Positions 39,101 to 47,887 of a stretch of 57,627 nt of DNA are shown in pieces. The notes below the pieces were generated by a model. It was not told the DNA's origin. It made no database searches and was given only the letters and a program-made list of their open reading frames with translations. A program made the translations under genes and the position numbers. Source of the DNA: Clostridiales bacterium (GTDB taxonomy: Bacteria; Bacillota; Clostridia; Lachnospirales; Lachnospiraceae); the NCBI GenBank assembly GCA_019420405.1, contig JAHZHF010000001.1, positions 1-57,627 on the forward strand. The letters are read 5' to 3'. Each line of letters opens with the position of its first letter. Position 1 is the first letter of the stretch.

Positions 39101-39713
39101 CAATCTGAAAAATCTGGGATATGTAGATTTTGACGTGCCAACCGGCATTGATATCTATCCGAAAGATTTTGAGAGCAAGGAAGAGGTTGTAAATATACTG
39201 GATGATTATAACAGCCGTATGGAGGCTGAGGGAAAAGACGAGCAGGTGATTACCTACACGGATGTAGTGGGGACGCTGATGTCGTCAGTCACAGATATTA
39301 TTGATATTATCAGCTATGTGCTGATTGCGTTTGTGGCTATTTCCCTTGTCGTCTCTTCCATTATGATCGGAGTTATCACATATATCAGTGTGCTGGAGAG
39401 GAAAAAGGAGATCGGAATCCTGCGTGCCATCGGGGCTTCCAAGGGAAATATATCCCAGGTGTTCAACGCGGAGACTTTCATTATCGGGCTCTGCGCCGGA
39501 CTGATCGGAATCGGGCTTTCCCTGCTCCTTCTGATCCCCGGAAATGCCCTGATTCACTATCTTGCAGGAAGCAATGACGTCAGCGCAGTGCTTCCGGTTG
39601 TGCCGGCTATCGTGCTTATTATACTCAGCGTTGTGCTGACGCTGATCGGAGGGATTATCCCGTCAAGAAAGGCGGCAAAGAGCGATCCGGTGACAGCACT
39701 GAGGACGGAGTAA
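36108..39713 (+). CDS. fused ABC transporter ATP-binding/FtsX-like permease (MacB-type)
   Basis: [34 protein letters not shown]-terminal [17 protein letters not shown] and DPVTALRTE. Confidence 0.93.
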   Translation: MLQIRDICKEYRTGTLVQKALDRVSLNLRDNEFVAILGPSGSGKTTLLNIIGGLDRYDSGDLIINGISTKKYKDRDWDSYRNHTIGFVFQSYNLIPHQTLLANVELALTISGVGKAERRERARKALEQVGLGEQVHKKPSQLSGGQMQRVAIARALVNDPDILLADEPTGALDSETSVQVMELLKEVAKDRLVVMVTHNPELAHEYATRIVNLKDGHIISDSDPYTLDETALEEPEHRNMGKASMSFLTALSLSFNNLRTKKARTLLTAFAGSIGIIGIALILSLSTGVNQYIKDIEEETLSEYPLQIQSTGFDFSSIMVSDEGGGQASQEEQGDVHVIQMVTNMFSTMDSNDLESLKTYLESGESGIEEYTNAIEYSYNVTPQIYRIDGDSVRQVNPDQSFDALGLGSSAGSNSMMSSMMSTDVFYEMPENASLYENQYDVKAGRWPENYNECVLVLTQGGSISDFMLYTLGLRDQMELDEMIRQFINEENVETPENIQDYSYDDILGITFRLVDSADYYEYDSQYNVWRDKTDDEDYMRSLVENGEELTIVGIVQPSEDANAAALTAGIGYPASLTKHVAERAADTEIVKQQLADSSVNVLTGEAFGEENGGFDMESLITIDENKLQQAFGFDESAFSNLAGSLSSSSGSSGFDLSSVMSAAGSSMDLSGMVDLSGISVDLPDMPSMSLADLLGGLDVNVSADGLGTLASSLMEGYQQYVASHPEADYSGIQEDFCNYLHTSEAQEIIKNKIAEIIQSTDGVTVTVEQLQNMLTEIMSGYQQYVNDNGLTDPNQFDEYLIAYMQTQEAQNILNKWASEIFGGISDSITITGNQLSDLASALASGYQSYAAANGLPDPSKIGEHFVNYLGTEDGQKRLTEGVSGIVDMDALESQITNAMSSYMQSAMSAYGSAIGGAIQTQISSAMTQVAGQIASGMEQALGQAMSQVGSSLENALSGAMNIDGDAFADAFQMNMTGDDLAELMMSMNSAEAATYENNLKNLGYVDFDVPTGIDIYPKDFESKEEVVNILDDYNSRMEAEGKDEQVITYTDVVGTLMSSVTDIIDIISYVLIAFVAISLVVSSIMIGVITYISVLERKKEIGILRAIGASKGNISQVFNAETFIIGLCAGLIGIGLSLLLLIPGNALIHYLAGSNDVSAVLPVVPAIVLIILSVVLTLIGGIIPSRKAAKSDPVTALRTE

Positions 39714-39747
39714 AGTAAATTGCAGAGGACAAAGAAAAATAAGGAAG

Positions 39748-39797
39748 CAAGGGACTGCAGAATCCTGCAAAAAAGGATTTTACAGTCCCTTGTTTTC
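39748..39797 (+). terminator. rho-independent terminator
   Basis: CAAGGGACTG...CAGTCCCTTG followed by TTTT. Confidence 0.75.
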
Positions 39798-39905
39798 CTA
39801 TAAAATATAGGAAAAGCAGAATCGAAAAACGGAAATATTGACGTGATTTGGAAGAAAGGATTATAGTTAATTTAACTATGCAATTATGCAGGAGGAAGAC
39901 CCGAT

Positions 39906-41363
39906 ATGCTGACGCGTGGATTTCCGGAGGAAATTCTGCTTTTTTTTATATTCCTGATCTGGGCGCTGTATTCGTTGATTTATATTTCCAGTCCCAGAAA
40001 TAAAGTGAACCAGTGGGCGGGAATCTGTGGATTTCTGCTGAGTATAGGCGTGCTGAAAGAGTATCTCTATTACAGCAGATTTTTTCCCGGGACGATGGTT
40101 ATGCTGTTTGGAGTAGAGTATGAACTCAACGAGCTGCTGAACTCGATCCTGACGGCGGTGCTTTATTACATGGCAATGCCATGTGTTATGATTTTTAGTT
40201 TTTATTTCTGCCATCTGGAAAAACGCCATCCGCGTATTTTCCGCATGCTTTCTTTTCTTGTATTTGTCCCGGTGGTGTTTTTTTGTATTGTCTATCCCTG
40301 GAGCCAGACGAGGGAAATTCCGAAGACAAATCCGTCCGCTTTTGTCGTGGTTGCATTATACAATCTTCTGTATGGAGTCCTGGCGACGGTGCCTATTCTG
40401 GTCACTCTTTTGAAAGAGCGCGGCAGCGCCTTCTTTCGGCAGCGGAGGCTGGTGTCGGTAATTGCGCTCCTGCCGCTGTGGTACTGGCTGATCACGCTGT
40501 TCTTGTTCCATCTGCTTAAGCTGGAAAAACTGCTCAAACTATGGCAGGGGAATGCCATTATACTGCTCGTGCTTTTTGTGTATTATGTTCGTCACCTTTT
40601 CAGGGATGGAATCTGGGGGCTTCGCCTGAACAGAGAATATTTCGACTGGTCTGGGAATGAGCCGGAGGTAAAAGACAATATTAAATATATTACTCATATG
40701 ATGAAAAATGAACTGGCAAAAATTACGGAGTGCGCCAGAATGCTCGGAGAACGGCCTCAGATGGAAGGGGCGAAAGAACTGGAAATCCTGGAACGCTCAG
40801 TACACCATATGGAAACTTTTTTTCAGAGGAGCAGAAAATATAGCGAGAAGATAGAATTAAAGGTTCGCGGAACAGATATCGGAAAAATGTTGGAAAATGT
40901 CGCCGGAGAAAAGTGTATAAAATGGAGTGGGGAGTTGGAACTGCAGATTCCGCACAATTTTCCGATTTTGATGTGCGATGAGGTTCATATGAAGGAAGCG
41001 GTCGGAAATCTTATCTCAAACGCCCTGGACGCTATGGGGCCGGACGGGAAGCTCACCCTTTCCTGCAGCATGCCGCGACGGAATATTGCTCTGATCAGTG
41101 TGAGAGATACCGGACCGGGGATACAGGAAAAATGTCTGAATCGTATATTTGAACCATATTATACGAGATATTCGGACAGCAGGCACATGGGGCTTGGACT
41201 CGCCTACTGTCAGAACGTAATCAAGGCTCATAAAGGATACATAAGGGTAATCAGCCGGACCGGAGAAGAGGATCACGGTACAACAGTCATTCTGTGTATC
41301 CCCCAGGAGAAAGGAAGGAAAAAGAGTGGAAAGTCAGATCAAAGTCCTGATCGTGGAGGATGA
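39906..41363 (+). CDS. multi-TM sensor histidine kinase
   Basis: About 7 TM helices, H-box ITHMMKNEL, N-box NLISNALDA, DTGPGI, IFEPYY, GLGLAYC. Confidence 0.92.
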   Translation: MLTRGFPEEILLFFIFLIWALYSLIYISSPRNKVNQWAGICGFLLSIGVLKEYLYYSRFFPGTMVMLFGVEYELNELLNSILTAVLYYMAMPCVMIFSFYFCHLEKRHPRIFRMLSFLVFVPVVFFCIVYPWSQTREIPKTNPSAFVVVALYNLLYGVLATVPILVTLLKERGSAFFRQRRLVSVIALLPLWYWLITLFLFHLLKLEKLLKLWQGNAIILLVLFVYYVRHLFRDGIWGLRLNREYFDWSGNEPEVKDNIKYITHMMKNELAKITECARMLGERPQMEGAKELEILERSVHHMETFFQRSRKYSEKIELKVRGTDIGKMLENVAGEKCIKWSGELELQIPHNFPILMCDEVHMKEAVGNLISNALDAMGPDGKLTLSCSMPRRNIALISVRDTGPGIQEKCLNRIFEPYYTRYSDSRHMGLGLAYCQNVIKAHKGYIRVISRTGEEDHGTTVILCIPQEKGRKKSGKSDQSPDRGG

Positions 41364-41916
41364 TGAAGATTTCGCATTCCTGATCAGAAAGGAACTGGAG
41401 AAACAAGACGACATTATAGTCGCCGGGATATGCGCGGAGAGCGCAAGAGCGGTCGAAACGGCATGCGCGGTAAAGCCGGATGTCGTTCTGATGGATCTTT
41501 GCCTCGGAAAATCGACCATGGAAGGGATTACCGCATCGCGGGAAATCCGCGTGCAAACCGATGCGAAGGTGTTGATTTTTACAGCTCATGATGAGAACGA
41601 AGTCGTGGAAGAGGCGGCCAGGCAGGCATATGCGTCGGGATACATTTTGAAAAATCAGATTCCTCTTCTGGTAGAGAATATTTATGCGCTTATGAATGGC
41701 GGGACGGGGCAGGAAAAGGTGTTGCTGTATATGGCCCTGTCGGCGCTGACAGACGCGGAGAAAACTGTGTTCTGGGAGCTTATGGGAAAGCCGTCAGGAG
41801 TGCGTGTGACAAAAAAGACGAGGGCGAACCAGATGACAAAGATGCTGGGTAAGCTGCGCTTGGAGAATCGTAGGGACGTGATACATGTGTTTCAGGCTTT
41901 GAAAGATTCCGTATAG
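41326..41916 (+). CDS. response regulator with shortened LuxR-like HTH
   Basis: VLIVEDD, DVVLMDL, IFTAHD, GYILK; C-terminal LTDAEKTVF...KKTRANQMTKMLGKL. Confidence 0.88.
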   Translation: MESQIKVLIVEDDEDFAFLIRKELEKQDDIIVAGICAESARAVETACAVKPDVVLMDLCLGKSTMEGITASREIRVQTDAKVLIFTAHDENEVVEEAARQAYASGYILKNQIPLLVENIYALMNGGTGQEKVLLYMALSALTDAEKTVFWELMGKPSGVRVTKKTRANQMTKMLGKLRLENRRDVIHVFQALKDSV

Positions 41917-41942
41917 AGAAAAGAAGGTTAGCAGAATGATTT

Positions 41943-41972
41943 AAAATCCCAAATATTTTGGGATTTTTTTTT
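41943..41972 (+). terminator. rho-independent terminator after the two-component system
   Basis: AAAATCCCAAA-tat-TTTGGGATTTTTTTTT. Confidence 0.8.
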
Positions 41973-42062
41973 CATGGGATATTAAATGTTATAATTTCTA
42001 TATTGAAAAGCTTGGGAGCGTGACGTGCGGCTGTGTATTTTTTGTATAATTAAAACATGGTG

Positions 42063-42091
42063 TTGCAATTACAATACGACAGTAGTATATT
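42063..42091 (+). promoter_or_regulatory. sigma-A-like promoter of the Hsp70/AAA operon, with shared box TACGACAGTAGTATATT
   Basis: TTGCAA(42063)-17 bp-TATATT(42086); spacer box matches 51050-51066 at 15 of 17 positions. Confidence 0.65.
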
Positions 42092-42126
42092 TGAGTAAAG
42101 ATTTACTGCAAAGAGAGGTTTTGATT

Positions 42127-42603
42127 ATGGGAGAATTAAAAAAGACGTACACAGTTTCAGAGGCTATTGAGTTTTTGAGGGAGGAGCATGGCAGATACGC
42201 CCCGAAAAGCGAGGAAACCCTGAGAAGAGCGATCAGAAGCGGGAAACTGAAGGCGGAGGTGAGGAGAGGCCGGGAAGGGAGCGTGATCGACGAGCCCGAT
42301 CTGAGAGCTTATGGAAAGGCATATGCGCTGAAGGCAAAGGTGCTGGGAGATACGGCAGCGGCTGCGAAATCAGTCCGAAAGGAGACGAAAGATCAGCCGA
42401 AAAAGTATGTGGAGTTTATGACTGAAGCGATACGTTCAGGCAGGACGAACGACTGGGGATTCAGACTTTCGATGATTACGGAGCGTGATAAATGGGCCAA
42501 GAAAGAAGCAGAGCTGAAAGAAAGGCTGCAGAGCCTGCAGTCAGAGGCGGATATGTGCCGACAGGAAAAGGAACTGTTTGATAAGGAAATCATGAAAAAA
42601 TAG
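42127..42603 (+). CDS. excisionase/MerR-like HTH DNA-binding protein with C-terminal coiled coil
   Basis: YTVSEAIEFL...SEETLRRAIRSGKLKA...G..I.E.DL pattern; heptads KEAELKERLQSLQSEAD; GAGGT RBS. Confidence 0.75.
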   Translation: MGELKKTYTVSEAIEFLREEHGRYAPKSEETLRRAIRSGKLKAEVRRGREGSVIDEPDLRAYGKAYALKAKVLGDTAAAAKSVRKETKDQPKKYVEFMTEAIRSGRTNDWGFRLSMITERDKWAKKEAELKERLQSLQSEADMCRQEKELFDKEIMKK

Positions 42604-42629
42604 GTAAGGATTATTTTGGAGAAGAAGTT

Positions 42630-43865
42630 ATGGTTCTGAAAGGAAGGAAAATTGCAAATTTAAAGATGTTTCGGAGATATTTTGACCTTCCGGAAATTAT
42701 TTTGAACAGAAAGGCATTCTTGAGAGATTTCAGTCCGGAGAAAATCCTCTATGATACGGAAGATGAACGCCGCCTGTATGAGTTTTTGGAGAAATGTGAA
42801 AGTTTATCAAAGCTGTTGGTTGAACAGAAAGGAGATGTCCTTCTTGTAACATGCGTTGACGCAGAGCAAAATGAGTTTTCGGCGGAATTAAGGCATCAGG
42901 ATCCGGAGGAAGCGCTGCAGGCTGCAGGGATTGACTTCTGCCGTGCAAATCCGACTGTGGCGGCCATGGCTTTTGCCTTGTGTGATCTGGCGTATGTGCC
43001 ATGCGGCAGGGATATCCTGGGCAGTCTGGAAAGCTGTGTCGGATGGCAGACGCGGGAAGTTGAGGATATCCGTCAGGCAGAAGAGATTTTAAAAACAGTC
43101 GAGGGCTTTGCCTTTGGCAATAATGTAGAGGAAAGTTCATTTATGTTGTGGAGTCCGGAAACAGTGAGGGAGGGAAGAATTACTACTAAAAAATTGGTTA
43201 GGAAAAGCTACAGCGAGTATGTCAATTCGGTGGAGCTGATCGTGTTTGACAGGGCTGGAAAAAGAGTGGAAGGAGCGGGAGCGGCGCTTGAGCATGAGAT
43301 TTATGCCAATTTTATCGACGGATATTTTCTTGAATTCCTTCCGTCAGAAAGCCGCAGCGGTACTTTCAGGATCTCTAAAGAATTCCGGATGGATGGGCAT
43401 ATGGTTTTGTCCAGGGAGAAAAACGGAAACAAACTGGAACCGTTCGGCGATGAGTCCGGAGAGTTTGAACGGATGTCGTGCTTTGCGGCGACAGAGGATA
43501 ACGGTCTGGTTGGCATCTCAGACGGTCATTTGATCAGCTGCACCGGACTTATAAATCTGCCGGATATGCGGGGGACAGTTCCCGTATATGTCTGCGAACG
43601 GAACGGGCTGTATCTGATTTTGTCGGAGGACGGAAAAACATACGCCAATTTTCTCTTTGAGTATGACGGGATATGTATGATACGCATGGACCAGAAGGGA
43701 TTTGCGTACGCTCTGGATAAAGAAGGGCGGCTGAAGACAAATAACCAAAACGTAAAAAAGAAGCTTGAGTCACAGGAGAACGTCGTATACCTCTGGTGTG
43801 ACGGCGGTGCGGAAAAACTCAGGCTCAGATATGAGGACGGCAGCGAGCGGGAGATCAGTCTTTGA
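42630..43865 (+). CDS. hypothetical protein, helical N-terminus and beta-rich C-terminus
   Basis: 411-aa ORF with RBS inside the operon; C-terminal short-strand units such as LVGISDG, YLILSEDG, AYALDKEG. Confidence 0.7.
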   Translation: MVLKGRKIANLKMFRRYFDLPEIILNRKAFLRDFSPEKILYDTEDERRLYEFLEKCESLSKLLVEQKGDVLLVTCVDAEQNEFSAELRHQDPEEALQAAGIDFCRANPTVAAMAFALCDLAYVPCGRDILGSLESCVGWQTREVEDIRQAEEILKTVEGFAFGNNVEESSFMLWSPETVREGRITTKKLVRKSYSEYVNSVELIVFDRAGKRVEGAGAALEHEIYANFIDGYFLEFLPSESRSGTFRISKEFRMDGHMVLSREKNGNKLEPFGDESGEFERMSCFAATEDNGLVGISDGHLISCTGLINLPDMRGTVPVYVCERNGLYLILSEDGKTYANFLFEYDGICMIRMDQKGFAYALDKEGRLKTNNQNVKKKLESQENVVYLWCDGGAEKLRLRYEDGSEREISL

Positions 43866-43903
43866 TATTGATCAGTCGGAGAAATTAAAATCAGGAGCAG
43901 AAT

Positions 43904-44917
43904 ATGAAGAAAAAAAGCTTTAGGGAGAAAATTATGTCAGGAGTAAAGATGGTACTGGGGTTCTTTTTTGCAGTAGTTTTTGCAGCGGCGGTTGCAATTG
44001 CCGCTTTGTTCGTTTGGAAAAAAAGAAGAGGGGAAAACAAGGAAAATCAGGTGGATACAAGACGGCCGGAAGTTTCGGATCAGAGAGAACGCGGTGGAAA
44101 GAATGATCATACAGTGTCTGAAACCGGGAGGAAAGTCGTTAAAACGAGAGAGACGGAAACCGGACGAGAAAGCGGAAAGCAGATGGAGCCGGAGAACCGG
44201 GGAAGGAAGCAGTGCTGGGAACTTTACAGGCTGTTATATCATGAACAGAAAATGAACGCACGTATAAAAGATTTCTTCTGCGGGGATGTATTCCTCTATT
44301 ACGTGGCGAGTCTTCTGGGAGTTATGCGCTACGATCTGAAAAAATCAGGGTGGGACGGAATTGAGGACAGAGTGTCGTATTGCATTAACGATGCGATCGG
44401 ATATCGTTTCCGCCAGCTTGGTTTCAGGGGAAACAGCCTTATGCTCTCGGACATGGAATATATCGGGCCGGATCAAAGCGAAGAACAGTACTACAGGGCG
44501 CGTCAGCTTAATGAGGAAGAAGGAGGGAGGACGGAGGAAGAATATCGCGTCCTGGAAGAGCAGCTGAAGCGCTGCAGAAATAATAAGAACACCCGGTTTT
44601 ACCGGGAAATGTGGGAACGCTGCAGCGGTCTGATCCCCGAACTGCTGGCCTGCGGAGAGGAGATCGCCCGGAGAAGGAATGAAGGAGGCGGAGAGAAGGA
44701 GAAAGGGGAAATCTCAGCACGCCTAGAAAAGGTGCTCGCGGACATACGAAGCTCACTGGAACTGGCCGGGGTGCTTTTTATATTCGGCGAAGAGGCAGAG
44801 GGACAGGAGAAGAATTATCTCAGCTATACGGATGATGGCGAGTACTTCCCGGCGGTGATAAGAAAATCGGACGGTTATGTTTATTATACAGGACAGGCGG
44901 ATAAAGCGTATGAGTAG
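43904..44917 (+). CDS. membrane-anchored coiled-coil protein with possible GrpE-like C-terminus
   Basis: TM VLGFFFAVVFAAAVAIAALFVW followed by KKRR; C-terminal motif shared with the next gene. Confidence 0.65.
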   Translation: MKKKSFREKIMSGVKMVLGFFFAVVFAAAVAIAALFVWKKRRGENKENQVDTRRPEVSDQRERGGKNDHTVSETGRKVVKTRETETGRESGKQMEPENRGRKQCWELYRLLYHEQKMNARIKDFFCGDVFLYYVASLLGVMRYDLKKSGWDGIEDRVSYCINDAIGYRFRQLGFRGNSLMLSDMEYIGPDQSEEQYYRARQLNEEEGGRTEEEYRVLEEQLKRCRNNKNTRFYREMWERCSGLIPELLACGEEIARRRNEGGGEKEKGEISARLEKVLADIRSSLELAGVLFIFGEEAEGQEKNYLSYTDDGEYFPAVIRKSDGYVYYTGQADKAYE

Positions 44918-45755
44918 ATATCGTGAAGAGCGGGGGACTTCGCTGACGTTCAAAGAGAGGGCGGCGAAAGAAAATGCACGAATCGATGAATTAGTGAAAA
45001 TGCTTGAGCAGGAGAAGAAAAAACAAAAGGACTATAGGGAAGCTCTTGATAAACTGTGGGAACGATCGGATGAACTGCATAAGAAAATATTTTTATCTAT
45101 AAACAGAGACAGACGTCTTCTGGAACAGCTTCAAAAGTGTTTTACAGCTGAGGGGGGCGGTATTTTTTACCTTTTGCAGCAGCTGGGAGTATGTTGCTTT
45201 AATATGAATGATTTTCGGGAGGAAGACCGGGAAAATCGCAGGAGATACCTTCTGGAGCAGTTGGCGAGAACGTCTGCCGCTGTGCAGGCCGCGTTTGCGG
45301 CATATTCGGAAGACGATGGAACTGAATGGGAAAACGCGCTTCTCAGACCGGACAAAAAAGGGCAGAATTCGAAAATTATTACGGAATACATTGATATTCT
45401 TTCACGGTCAGCGGAAGAGGAACTTAAGGGAATCGGGCAGCAGACAGTTCAGAAGAGAAAGCTTGATTTTTACTGCCGCCTCTGGTACGGGACGGAACTC
45501 CTTCTGAAAGAGGCTGCAAGTGAGGATGGGCGAAAAAAAACGATGGAGGAGACGACCGGATGGTATCGCCGTATGAAGCGTCTTTTGGAGGAATTCGGCG
45601 TGAAAATATTGTTTTATGAGGAGGCGGATGCTGCGCAGAGGATGGAATATTTCAATACAGAATATGACGGGGAACACATGCCTGCGGTGATCAGCGCGCA
45701 AACGTGCGGGAACGAAACATTCGCGCCGCTGTACGGAACATATCATCTGGGGTAG
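44910..45755 (+). CDS. coiled-coil protein with possible GrpE-like C-terminus (paralogous C-terminus to 43904-44917)
   Basis: ATG overlaps the previous gene's end; N-terminal coiled coil; LEEFGVKILFYEEA...DGEHMPAVI. Confidence 0.65.
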   Translation: MSRYREERGTSLTFKERAAKENARIDELVKMLEQEKKKQKDYREALDKLWERSDELHKKIFLSINRDRRLLEQLQKCFTAEGGGIFYLLQQLGVCCFNMNDFREEDRENRRRYLLEQLARTSAAVQAAFAAYSEDDGTEWENALLRPDKKGQNSKIITEYIDILSRSAEEELKGIGQQTVQKRKLDFYCRLWYGTELLLKEAASEDGRKKTMEETTGWYRRMKRLLEEFGVKILFYEEADAAQRMEYFNTEYDGEHMPAVISAQTCGNETFAPLYGTYHLG

Positions 45756-45768
45756 GAGGAACAGTGCG

Positions 45769-47874
45769 ATGAGAGGGCTTGATTTTACGAAGTATGGAAT
45801 TACATATGAAACTTTAAAAAACGCAGAGTACGTACTTGCGTTTGATTTGGGTCATGGAGAGTCGTCGGTCAGCTATGTAAATCTCGGCGGTTCAAATGGA
45901 AACATTGAGCAGCTGGGTCTGGGACGTGACGACGAGAAAAAGGTGATTACTGGGCTTTTTAAACTGAACAGGAACAGCAAAGAATGGGAACTAAGGAAAC
46001 TGAGTTCTTCCCTGGCGACTATGAGTGAAGTACATATTCAGTTTAAGGCGATTCCCGCCGCGCTCAACAGCCATGTTTTGGAGGATTGGGAAGGGATTTC
46101 ATCCCAGGAGCAGAAGCGCTATGAAAAGAAAGCGCTGGTGCAGGCGTTTGTAAAAACAGTATTGAATAACATCCGTAAATATTCAGAGGATAAAGAGCTG
46201 CCTCCGGAGAAAACCATTTTATTTGTGGGGTGTCCGTCCAGCGAGGTGTGGAAGAGCCAGGAGATTGAGTACGCAAAAATAATCAGAGAAGCATCGCCGT
46301 ACCCGGTTGTCATTATGCCAGAGAGCCGGGCGGCGTTGTTTAAAATGGTGATGGACCGGCAAATGCTGAGCGGTCTGGGGAGTCTTGAGGACGGTGTGGT
46401 TGTATTTGATTTCGGCTCTATTACGGCAGACTGGACTTACCTGTACAGGAATATCGGGAAAGGGGAATTCGATTCCGATGAAGACAGTGAAATGCTTGGC
46501 GCCCACCTGATAGAGGAGCGGATGGCGGACAAAGGAATCGAGATATTCCTGGCAGCCAGGGAAGCTGAGAGGCAGCGTGAGAACGAAGAGAAGATAAAAG
46601 GATTTGAGGATGGTATGCGTGCCGTTCTTCCGAAAAACAGTTATACAGATGCGGAGATCCATGAGATGGCGCTTCAGAAGTACAGGGAGCTCAAGAAGGA
46701 TTCTGAAACAGAATCAGAAGGGGAAAAAGACAGTGTAAGACAATTCGAAAAGAACCGGCAGAGGCTGCTCCTTGAACTCAGAAATAATAAGGAGAATTAC
46801 TTTAATTCCGAGCGGGAGAAATTCAGGCAGTCATATTCGGGAATGGGGCTGAAATTTGAGATTGACAGGCAGTTTATGGAGGGCGAGGACGGCGTAATCT
46901 TCCGGGAGGGGAAATATACCGGAAAAACAGGGATATCTTCTGGGAGCGGCTGGTATCAGGAATGTGAAAAATTTTTTCTTGGGGTAAAGAAGCGCCTGGA
47001 AGGCCGCCCGTATAAAATTATCATACTGACGGGCGGAGCGTCGAGAATGGGGTTCGTACAAACCCTTGCCGGTAAAGTATTCACGGGCAAAACTGTCACG
47101 ATTGATCCGAATCCGTCCACATGCGTCTCACGGGGAATGGCTTATGCGGGCGAGATGGATATCAGGGCCAGGCTTGCACTGCCGGATGTTATGGACAAAC
47201 TGCTTCAAAAGCTGACAGAGGAAGAATTCCTCGCTAAATGCACAAAATCGGTGAGTGAGGGGCTAGCCAATACGATTTTCAATGAGGCAATCTGGAAAGG
47301 TCTTCTTGAATGGCGGGATATGGATGGATACTTGACAGTGAAGTATGCCTGTGACGTCTGCAAGGAGAGGTTAAAGTCACTGCAAAACCAGGAATCTTTC
47401 AAGTTAAAGGTGAAACAGGCTATCAGGAAGGGGATTATTGATGAAAAAGCGGAGATTGTCCGCACGATGAATGAAACTTACAGCAGTATCTATAATCAGA
47501 CAGTTCCGGTCAATTATATGCTTCAGATCGATGAAACCAAATTGAGAAGCATTGCGGGAGACGTAATTAACTATACATTCGGGAACAGTTTTAAAGATAT
47601 TGTTGCTGCCGCCTTGTCTTACGCAGGGAGCGGATTCTTAAACAGCATTATCGACACGACGGAGTACGTGCAGACGCCGGATGAACGGAAAAGAAAGATA
47701 AAGAGAATAGAGGATGAAAACAGAAAACCCAAGCTGGTAGAATACTGTGAGCGTTATCTGAAGGAAGTATTGGGAAAAATGTTCAAGAAAGATACGACAG
47801 TACAGAATCTTCGTGCATGCCTGGAGCCGGCGGTACAGAAAATGCTTGACGATCTTTCCGCGTATTTTGCATAG
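45769..47874 (+). CDS. atypical Hsp70/actin-fold ATPase
   Basis: Phosphate-1 AFDLGHGESS, VGCPSS, PESRAAL, phosphate-2 VFDFGSITADWT, LGAHLIE, adenosine ILTGGASRM, connect-2 CVSRGMA. Confidence 0.85.
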   Translation: MRGLDFTKYGITYETLKNAEYVLAFDLGHGESSVSYVNLGGSNGNIEQLGLGRDDEKKVITGLFKLNRNSKEWELRKLSSSLATMSEVHIQFKAIPAALNSHVLEDWEGISSQEQKRYEKKALVQAFVKTVLNNIRKYSEDKELPPEKTILFVGCPSSEVWKSQEIEYAKIIREASPYPVVIMPESRAALFKMVMDRQMLSGLGSLEDGVVVFDFGSITADWTYLYRNIGKGEFDSDEDSEMLGAHLIEERMADKGIEIFLAAREAERQRENEEKIKGFEDGMRAVLPKNSYTDAEIHEMALQKYRELKKDSETESEGEKDSVRQFEKNRQRLLLELRNNKENYFNSEREKFRQSYSGMGLKFEIDRQFMEGEDGVIFREGKYTGKTGISSGSGWYQECEKFFLGVKKRLEGRPYKIIILTGGASRMGFVQTLAGKVFTGKTVTIDPNPSTCVSRGMAYAGEMDIRARLALPDVMDKLLQKLTEEEFLAKCTKSVSEGLANTIFNEAIWKGLLEWRDMDGYLTVKYACDVCKERLKSLQNQESFKLKVKQAIRKGIIDEKAEIVRTMNETYSSIYNQTVPVNYMLQIDETKLRSIAGDVINYTFGNSFKDIVAAALSYAGSGFLNSIIDTTEYVQTPDERKRKIKRIEDENRKPKLVEYCERYLKEVLGKMFKKDTTVQNLRACLEPAVQKMLDDLSAYFA

Positions 47875-47887
47875 GAGGTGAACGGCT

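Noticed and set aside
45769..47874. Calling this gene dnaK
   Set aside because: Lacks the DLGTT motif, interdomain linker and substrate-binding domain, and has no hrcA or dnaJ context.
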